Assembly (NCBI GenBank): GCA_015069365.1 | Contig: SVIT01000002.1 | Coordinates: 1,235-65,234, forward strand | DNA length: 64,000 nucleotides | Source of the DNA: Clostridiales bacterium | GTDB taxonomy: Bacteria > Bacillota > Clostridia > Christensenellales > Borkfalkiaceae | Reading direction: 5' to 3' | In this document: piece after piece, positions 1 through 6,122 of the stretch | Numbering within the stretch: the first letter of the stretch is position 1 | How the letters are laid out: every line of letters starts with the position of its first letter | The notes under the pieces: model-generated | Seen by the model: only the letters and a program-made list of their open reading frames with translations | Told to the model about the DNA's origin: nothing | Database searches by the model: none | Position numbers and translations under genes: made by a program

Positions 1-224
1 ATCACGGTTGAAATCGCGTAAACTCCGAAACGTAGATTGACTATTGACGGGTAAAAAATGCCACTTTTGCGGACGTGGGTTCGAGATAGTTGGTTCAAAA
101 CGAGTTTTGAGCGAAGTTAAAAAACAAGGCAAAAATGCCCCAAAAGCCCCGATTTTTAAGAAAAATGATGGGTTTTGATGGTGGCGTAAGAGTGTGCGCT
201 TCCGCTACCTTACGGCGCACCAGG

Positions 225-257
225 AAAAAGCTCATCGCTAGTAGCGGTGGGCTTTTT
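225..257 (+). terminator. Rho-independent terminator-like hairpin, ending an upstream transcript or 3' UTR
   Basis: GCTCATCGCT (230-239) pairs with AGCGGTGGGC (243-252): 10 bp including 2 G-U pairs, 3-nt loop. A5 lies before it and T5 (253-257) after it. Confidence 0.45.
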
Positions 258-340
258 CCTTTGATTCCGCGAGGTTCTCACTCGCCGAGGTTCTGTAACA
301 ATGTTATATAATCATTAATTGCTTTCTTTTAGTAAAAGAA

Positions 341-370
341 TTGACATAGATAACGAGATTGTGATAAAAT
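341..370 (+). promoter_or_regulatory. Sigma-A type promoter with extended -10
   Basis: TTGACA at 341-346, 18-nt spacer, TGaTAAAAT at 362-370. It lies about 50 nt upstream of the LRR gene start. Confidence 0.6.
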
Positions 371-421
371 GATATTATATATCATTTTTCGCAAAAGAAG
401 CCATCTTCTTTGGAGGTTGTT

Positions 422-2329
422 GTGTTAAGCAGATGTTTGAAAAGTATATTTAAAATCATACTCGTGCTTGTTGCATGCTTTGCGCTTGCACTGGGCGTGA
501 ACGCTTTAAGAAACCATATCACGGACAAGAGAATTGCCCGCGGTAACGATGGATTGATTTATGAGTTGTCTAATAACGATTATACCTATACCGTAATCGG
601 TTTAGAAAATTCTACCGACGAAACCATTGTCATTCCTGAAACGTTCGAGGGGGTGACGGTGCGTTCAATCGGAGAAGGCGCATTTCAAGGCTGCAACACA
701 ATCACCAGAGTCAAAATCCCTGACAGCGTGACCTCTATAGAGAATTTTGCATTTGCAAATTGTTCCTCGTTGGAAGAAATCGTTATCCCCGACAGCGTCA
801 AAACAATAGGCAAAAATGCGTTTGCCGATTGCGACGGAATGAAAGCTGCAATCGTAGGAGATGGACTCACGTCCTTAGGCGCAGGGGTATTTTTGGATTG
901 TAATTCGTTGAAAACCGTTCGTCTTGGCTATTCGCTCACGTCGATCGGGGCAGATGCATTCAGCGGTTGTTCTAATTTGACAACGTTGACGATCCCCGCA
1001 AACGTTACCTATTTGGGGAAAGGTGTGCTGAATGGTTGTGACAGTTTGGAGTATAACGAATACCAAGGCGCATATTATTTTAGCCAAGAGAATAATCCGT
1101 ATGCGATCATGCTTGCGCTCAAATCGAATGACGCACTTTCTTGTGTCGTTCACAACGATACGAAAGTGATTAGCGCTGGAATATTTGACGAATGTGATAA
1201 TCTAACGGATTTTAGTACACCGCTTTCCTTGATATCGTCTCTGCCGCAGGGGAAAGTACGCAGATTGACGTTGACGGCTGGGGAGATTATCACGTCAGAC
1301 GCATTTAACGGTTTTAGTAACTTGCAAAGTTTAGATATCGGTGACAGTGTGACTTCGATTGAGTACGAGGCTTTCAAACATTGTTCTGCCTTGTTGAACG
1401 TGACCATTGGCAAAAATGTACAATATATAGGCTGGGAGGCGTTTTATCATTGTTATCGGTTGGTAGAAGTTGTCAACAAATCCCAGTATTTATATATATG
1501 GCGCGATTCGTCCTCGGACGGTTGTGTCGGGTATTATGCATTAGACGTTTATAATTCGGGTATTGTGTTTGCAGGGACAAAACTTTCTAATGAAAACGGA
1601 TACATAATCTATACCGACGAGGGTGAAAGAATTTTGGTCGGCTATACGGGGACGGAGAACGAGCTTGTTTTACCTTCCAATATTACGAAGATCAATCGCA
1701 ATGCATTCTATAATTACGGACGATTGACGAGCATTACAATCCCCGATAACGTGACCGAGATCGGGGAGAACGCTTTTGAGGGTTGCTCGATCACAGAAGC
1801 AACCATGCCCGCGTTGGCGATTCAATACATTCCGAAAGAAAATCTGCAAAAGGCAGTTATTACCTCTGGAGAAACGATTCCTTCGTCGGGGTTCGAGTAT
1901 TCTCCTCAATTAACAAGTGTGACGATTGCGGACAGAGTGACCTCGATCGAGTATGGTGCATTCTTTAATTGCACTCGTTTGACAGAGGTTAATATTGGGG
2001 CTGGCGTTACCTCAATCGGTTCTTCAGCGTTCTATGGTTGCCGTGCCTTGACGAGTGTGGTAATCGGCAAGGGGGTAACGGCTATCAACTATTCCGCATT
2101 TACTGGATGCAGTGTTTTGACGAATGTATATTATAAAGGTACGGAAAGCGACTGGGCAAACATTTCTATGGGGGGCAATAACAAATATTTGACCGATGCA
2201 ACGCGCTATCTTTATAAGGAAACGGAGCCCGCTTTAAACGCTGACGGTACAGCGTACGACGGTAATTATTGGCACTATGACGACAATGATCAACCTGTTG
2301 CTTGGGTGTTTGTCGGCTCTGAAGAATAA
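422..2329 (+). CDS. BspA-type leucine-rich-repeat cell-surface protein with N-terminal membrane anchor or signal
   Basis: Track ORF is 410..2329. GGAGG at 412-416 favours GTG 422 as the start. A hydrophobic N-terminus (IILVLVACFALALGV) is followed by many ~23-aa units of the form IPxSVxxIGxxAFxxCxxLxxV, typical of BspA/LRR_5 repeats. Confidence 0.8.
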   Translation: MLSRCLKSIFKIILVLVACFALALGVNALRNHITDKRIARGNDGLIYELSNNDYTYTVIGLENSTDETIVIPETFEGVTVRSIGEGAFQGCNTITRVKIPDSVTSIENFAFANCSSLEEIVIPDSVKTIGKNAFADCDGMKAAIVGDGLTSLGAGVFLDCNSLKTVRLGYSLTSIGADAFSGCSNLTTLTIPANVTYLGKGVLNGCDSLEYNEYQGAYYFSQENNPYAIMLALKSNDALSCVVHNDTKVISAGIFDECDNLTDFSTPLSLISSLPQGKVRRLTLTAGEIITSDAFNGFSNLQSLDIGDSVTSIEYEAFKHCSALLNVTIGKNVQYIGWEAFYHCYRLVEVVNKSQYLYIWRDSSSDGCVGYYALDVYNSGIVFAGTKLSNENGYIIYTDEGERILVGYTGTENELVLPSNITKINRNAFYNYGRLTSITIPDNVTEIGENAFEGCSITEATMPALAIQYIPKENLQKAVITSGETIPSSGFEYSPQLTSVTIADRVTSIEYGAFFNCTRLTEVNIGAGVTSIGSSAFYGCRALTSVVIGKGVTAINYSAFTGCSVLTNVYYKGTESDWANISMGGNNKYLTDATRYLYKETEPALNADGTAYDGNYWHYDDNDQPVAWVFVGSEE

Positions 2330-2344
2330 AATAAATCAAAGGAC

Positions 2345-2379
2345 AAAAAAACGGCGCGGTAGCGAAAGCTACCGCGCTG
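2345..2379 (-). terminator. Rho-independent terminator of the XRE gene (hairpin may also stop the convergent LRR gene)
   Basis: 10-bp GC-rich stem (2354-2363 / 2368-2377) with a GAAA tetraloop. A7 at 2345-2351 gives a U7 tail on the minus strand. There is no T-tract on the plus side. Confidence 0.7.
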
Positions 2380-2411
2380 TATCTATTCAAGTCAATCAAC
2401 TTCAGTCGTTA
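2349..2411. repeat. 63-nt direct repeat, copy 1 (62/63 identical to 3313..3375)
   Basis: AAACGGCGCGGTAGCGAAAGCTACCGCGCTGTATCTATTCAAGTCAATCAACTTCAGTCGTTA. The only mismatch to copy 2 is at 2378 versus 3342. Confidence 0.95.
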
Positions 2412-3185
2412 TCGGTTTCTTTTGATGGCAATCGGGAGTGGTTCGACGTTGATTGCGCATTCTTTTTCATAACCTACCCCCTCGAGAGTATGGAAAAGGA
2501 TAAAATTGGATAATTTTAGGGTTGTGATGTTCTCGTTTTGCGGACGTATATATACAAAGCAACTGAATCGTCTCATAAATCCATTGTCACATTCAATCCA
2601 CCTGGAAGAAAGTATATTTAAGTACATATTATCAAAGTTTTCAAATTGTGGATGAAAGGTATACCAATTCTGAAAAAGTCGGTCGTCTGCCTCAATTTCA
2701 AAATACACTTTTGTCCATTTTTCAAAATTCAATACGTAATGGCCTTCTTCCATGGGCACGGTTTCTTCTATGTTTGTATATGGGTGGTCAAAGGACAGCT
2801 TGGTGATTGTAGGGACAAAGGTTTTTAAAAGTGCTGTTTCTTGTTGCTTACTTCTAATTTGAATAGTATTATAAATCTGTAATGACGAAAAAATCGCGAT
2901 AACTATGACCAATGCAGAGATGAGGATTGCAATAACTCGTTTATGGTGCTTAATCTTTACATTTTTTTTAACGAGTAATTCTTCCGTTTGCGTATCCCCA
3001 AAAAGGTCGCAACGTTCAACGCTGAAATATTGGCAGAGGGCAATAATAGAATCTTCATTCGGTAATCCAAGCCCAGCTTCCCATTTTGCAATAGCGGAAC
3101 GGCTAATATGAATATCATTCCCTAACGCTTCTTGGGTTATTCCTTTTTCTTTTCTTAATGATTTTAATCGGTCTCTAAATTCCAT
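2409..3185 (-). CDS. Membrane-tethered XRE-family helix-turn-helix regulator
   Basis: Start moved to ATG 3185, with AAGGAGA 5 nt upstream. The N-terminus LKSLRKEKGITQEALGNDIHISRSAIAKWEAG is a Cro/XRE HTH. It is followed by one TM helix (VIAILISALVIVIAIFSSL) and about 130 aa of unknown C-terminal domain. Confidence 0.8.
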   Translation of the reverse strand: MEFRDRLKSLRKEKGITQEALGNDIHISRSAIAKWEAGLGLPNEDSIIALCQYFSVERCDLFGDTQTEELLVKKNVKIKHHKRVIAILISALVIVIAIFSSLQIYNTIQIRSKQQETALLKTFVPTITKLSFDHPYTNIEETVPMEEGHYVLNFEKWTKVYFEIEADDRLFQNWYTFHPQFENFDNMYLNILSSRWIECDNGFMRRFSCFVYIRPQNENITTLKLSNFILFHTLEGVGYEKECAINVEPLPIAIKRNR

Positions 3186-3312
3186 ATAATTCTCCTTACC
3201 TAAAAATGTTAGCTTTATTATAAACTGTAAGGATAAAAAAATCACCTGATTTTATATAAAATCTCTGTTACTCTTTGTTACTTTTAAGGATTATTAAACA
3301 ATAAGGCATATT

Positions 3313-3375
3313 AAACGGCGCGGTAGCGAAAGCTACCGCGCCGTATCTATTCAAGTCAATCAACTTCAGTCGTTA
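3313..3375. repeat. 63-nt direct repeat, copy 2 (orphan copy)
   Basis: Same sequence as 2349..2411, including the GAAA-loop hairpin. No ORF ends at its TAA-equivalent position. Confidence 0.95.
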
Positions 3376-3425
3376 ACAGGGCATTCGGTTAAAAGCAGAA
3401 GAAGTGTTGTAAAACAGCGATAAAA

Positions 3426-3458
3426 AAACCGTTCTTAATATTTATGAGAACGGTTTTT
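3426..3458. terminator. Orphan bidirectional terminator-like hairpin
   Basis: AAACCGTTC (3426-3434) pairs with GAACGGTTT (3448-3456), 13-nt loop. It is flanked by an A-run and a T-run. No gene reads into it on either strand. Confidence 0.4.
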
Positions 3459-3500
3459 GGTCAATATATAGTTGGCAAAGAAAAATTTTTCCAAAAGGTA

Positions 3501-3529
3501 TTGATTTTTTTCGAAAGTTATCGTATAAT
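3501..3529 (+). promoter_or_regulatory. Sigma-A type promoter
   Basis: TTGATT at 3501-3506, 17-nt spacer, TATAAT at 3524-3529. Confidence 0.6.
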
Positions 3530-3549
3530 AACAAAGTAACCGCACAAAG

Positions 3550-3596
3550 GCAACTTTCCGTACTTTCTGTATCAAATACGGCAGGTTGCTTTTTTT
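3550..3596 (+). terminator. Terminator-like hairpin inside the 5' leader (possible attenuator)
   Basis: GCAAC (3550-3554) pairs with GTTGC (3585-3589), and CCGTA (3558-3562) pairs with TACGG (3577-3581). T7 follows at 3590-3596. It lies between the promoter and the SD/ATG at 3628. Confidence 0.4.
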
Positions 3597-3627
3597 GGAT
3601 TTGCCAAATCGGCAAAAGGAGGGAAGT

Positions 3628-4746
3628 ATGCATAGAAAGTTTCGGTTATCCACCGCGCTGGATATTGACGACGTTTTGATGGAATGTACTGCGTATGCGG
3701 TAAAGCTCGCGAATGAGAAATATAAATTCGATCCGCCTCTTTCCATCTATGAAATCAAACAATGGGGCAGGCAGGGGACGCGCTCGGACGCTATTTTCGA
3801 GTTCTTCAATGACCCCGATTTTTACCGCACACAACCTGTGATGGAGGGCGCGAAAGAGTTTGTTAAAAAACTGTCCACCATGACGGAAGTGTTTGTGTCT
3901 ACGGCGATTCCGCCCGAATTTATGGGGATTAGGGCAAAGCGTATCATGGAAGAATTCCCCGAGATTTCTGCCGACCATATTTATATGGGCGCGCGCAAGG
4001 ATAAGATCAAGGTGGATATTCTTTTCGACGACGGTATGCACAACGTGTTGCGTTCCAGTGCGCAATACCCCATTTTACGGCGCTGGCCTTGGAATCAAGC
4101 GGCGACGGGGGTGTTGGCGGTCAACACGTATGACGAATTTTTAAAGATGGTCGAGGTGATTTCGGATAGTTACAGTGTGCGCGAACAGCCTGATATTTTA
4201 AGTGAACCGAGCATTGTGGTATTTGTCGGCGCGTCGGGCAGCGGAAAATCCAAGATCGCGAAAAAGGTTTTAGAAAAAACGGACAAATTCGAGAAACTGA
4301 CCAGTTACACGACCAACGATCCCACGGCTGTGGAGATCAATACTTGGTATAATTACGTATCCGTGGACGAATTTATTCGTATGCGTGAAAGCGGGGAAAT
4401 GTTTCAATCAACAATGTACGCGGGGCACGGTTACGGTTCTTGTAAGCCCGACGTAGAGGCGATTCTTCAGAAAGGCAAGCACGTGCTCACGACGATGGAT
4501 ATTTGCGGCGCAATGTCTCTAAAAACGAATTTCCGCAACGTAATCACAATCTATATCAAGCGTGACAAGAAAGCGCTTCTTGGGGCGATTTTACGCAAAA
4601 ACTCGTCGATAGAGGACAAGGTAAACCGCATTGTAGCGATTGAAGCGGAAGACCAAACGGCGGACATCTGCGATTATATCGTGAAGTTTGATACTTACGA
4701 TGAGGCAGTAGATAAGATATGTAAAATTCTAAAAATTGACGAATAA
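3628..4746 (+). CDS. Fusion protein: HAD-type 5'(3')-deoxyribonucleotidase (NT5C-like) N-domain plus degenerate guanylate-kinase-like P-loop C-domain
   Basis: Start moved to ATG 3628, with AGGAGGG 5 nt upstream. The N-domain has a DIDDVL (DxDxV) HAD motif near the N-terminus and a later FDD motif. The C-domain has a Walker A (GASGSGKS) and a Gmk-like YVSVDEF...YGS core, but the TTRxPRxGE motif is replaced by TTNDPTAVE. Confidence 0.7.
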   Translation: MHRKFRLSTALDIDDVLMECTAYAVKLANEKYKFDPPLSIYEIKQWGRQGTRSDAIFEFFNDPDFYRTQPVMEGAKEFVKKLSTMTEVFVSTAIPPEFMGIRAKRIMEEFPEISADHIYMGARKDKIKVDILFDDGMHNVLRSSAQYPILRRWPWNQAATGVLAVNTYDEFLKMVEVISDSYSVREQPDILSEPSIVVFVGASGSGKSKIAKKVLEKTDKFEKLTSYTTNDPTAVEINTWYNYVSVDEFIRMRESGEMFQSTMYAGHGYGSCKPDVEAILQKGKHVLTTMDICGAMSLKTNFRNVITIYIKRDKKALLGAILRKNSSIEDKVNRIVAIEAEDQTADICDYIVKFDTYDEAVDKICKILKIDE

Positions 4747-4872
4747 GCCTACCATGTACGAGCTGAACCCCATACGGTTGCGCTGTACACCGCTTTGCGG
4801 TGTGGAACCGCCCCTCAACCTCCCCGACAAGGGAGCACGTCCCTTGACCCTTTGCAGGGGAGAACAATACAT

Positions 4873-4908
4873 AAAAAACCTCGAAACCGCTTGGTTTCGA
4901 GGTTTTAT
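4873..4908. terminator. Bidirectional rho-independent terminator shared by convergent genes
   Basis: CCTCGAAAC (4879-4887) pairs with GTTTCGAGG (4894-4902). A6 lies upstream and T4 downstream. It sits between the stop at 4746 (+) and the rpsR stop at 4919 (-). Confidence 0.8.
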
Positions 4909-4918
4909 GTTTCACTAA

Positions 4919-5167
4919 TTACTCACCTTTGAAGGGGAGAAGAGCCGTGATTCTTGCACGCTTGATAGCCGTTGCAAGCAATCTCTGGTGCGCTGCGCAC
5001 GTACCGCTCATTCTGCGAGGAAGGATTTTACCGCCTTCCGTGATAAATTTCTTCAAACGATTAACGTCCTTGTAATCGATTGCGTCAAGTTTTTCTTGGC
5101 AGAACATGCATACCTTTTTACGGGGCGCTTTTTTATATACCTTTTTAACAGGTGCTTTTTCTTCCAT
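4919..5167 (-). CDS. rpsR: 30S ribosomal protein S18
   Basis: 82 aa. [43 protein letters not shown] is the characteristic S18 core. Gene order is rpsF-ssb-rpsR. Confidence 0.95.
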   Translation of the reverse strand: MEEKAPVKKVYKKAPRKKVCMFCQEKLDAIDYKDVNRLKKFITEGGKILPRRMSGTCAAHQRLLATAIKRARITALLPFKGE

Positions 5168-5206
5168 GATCCGTTAACTCCTTTTGTTTTTTTGGCTCCG
5201 CCCTAA

Positions 5207-5626
5207 TTAGAACGGAATGTCGCTGTCATCGTCCATCGCCTGAAGCGTAGGCTTCTTTTTAGGCGCGGGCGCGCGAGGGGCGTCGAGGTCGTCAAACGAT
5301 TCGCCGTTTTCTCTCGGGGACAGGAATTCGCAATCCTGTACAATGATGTCCACAGCGGTGCGTCTTGCGCCTTGGTTGTCTTCGTAGTTACGGAGCTGAA
5401 TACTTCCGCTTACGGCAACCTTTTTGCCCTTTTTGGTGTAACGCGCAATCGTTTCGCCTAATCCGCGCCATGCGGTACAGTCAAAAAAGTCCGTCTGGCG
5501 TTCGCCGTCTTGAGACGAATAAGGTCTCTGTACGGCGATGGAAAAGCGACACATGGAAACGCCCGAAGGGGTTTCTCTGATTTCAGGGTCGCGCGTTAAG
5601 TTTCCGATTAAAAATACTTTGTTCAT
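5207..5626 (-). CDS. ssb: Single-stranded DNA-binding protein
   Basis: MNKVFLIGNLTRDPEIR OB-fold N-terminus and an acidic C-terminal tip DDDSDIPF. Confidence 0.95.
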   Translation of the reverse strand: MNKVFLIGNLTRDPEIRETPSGVSMCRFSIAVQRPYSSQDGERQTDFFDCTAWRGLGETIARYTKKGKKVAVSGSIQLRNYEDNQGARRTAVDIIVQDCEFLSPRENGESFDDLDAPRAPAPKKKPTLQAMDDDSDIPF

Positions 5627-5643
5627 AGTGTTTTTCCTTACGA

Positions 5644-5928
5644 TTAGTTAAGCTTCGTGATCAAGCGTCTTACTACGTCTGCGTCGATAAGCGCAATACG
5701 CTTCAGCTCTTCCACGACTTTGCCGTCTGCTTCAAACGTCATAAGAACATAATACGCTTCGTTCTTAAACTTGATAGGGTAAGCGGTTTTTTTCGTACCC
5801 CACTTGTCCGAAGAAACAACGTTGCCGCCCATCGAAGTTACTACGTTTTCGAACTTCGCAACTTTGGCGTCTTTCGCTTCGTCGGTCAAATCATTGTTGA
5901 GCAAATAAAGCATTTCGTATTTAGCCAT
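5644..5928 (-). CDS. rpsF: 30S ribosomal protein S6
   Basis: Start moved to ATG 5928, with AGGAGG 8 nt upstream. MAKYEMLYLL... is a typical S6 N-terminus. Confidence 0.9.
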   Translation of the reverse strand: MAKYEMLYLLNNDLTDEAKDAKVAKFENVVTSMGGNVVSSDKWGTKKTAYPIKFKNEAYYVLMTFEADGKVVEELKRIALIDADVVRRLITKLN

Positions 5929-6009
5929 ATTTTTCACCTCCTGGTCTTATTCGGCGTATCTGCCCCGATACGCAAGGTTGGTACGGCACTTTTTCAGCCA
6001 TACATTGTT

Positions 6010-6038
6010 ATTATAGACTATTTTTTGGAAATAGTCAA
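6010..6038 (-). promoter_or_regulatory. Sigma-A type promoter of rpsF-ssb-rpsR
   Basis: On the minus strand: TTGACT (6038-6033), 17-nt spacer, TATAAT (6015-6010). This leaves a leader of about 75 nt. Confidence 0.65.
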
Positions 6039-6082
6039 TCAATTTTTATTGCTTTTTGATAGAATTAGGGTTTATTTTGTCG

Positions 6083-6117
6083 AAAAAATAAAGGAAGGCA
6101 TGTGTGCCTTCCTTTTT
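6083..6117 (-). terminator. Rho-independent terminator of the 792-aa gene
   Basis: AAGGAAGGCA (6091-6100) pairs with TGCCTTCCTT (6105-6114), 4-nt loop. The U-rich tail on the minus strand comes from the A-run at 6083-6090. Confidence 0.8.
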
Positions 6118-6122
6118 AGGTT

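Noticed and set aside
1-21. Possible 3' end of a plus-strand gene (ITVEIA then stop).
   Set aside because: Only six codons are visible, so it cannot be supported.
70-110. GGGTTCGAG resembling a tRNA/tmRNA T-loop near the window start.
   Set aside because: The flanking bases cannot form a T-stem, and no acceptor or anticodon arms can be drawn. This is not a tRNA or tmRNA.
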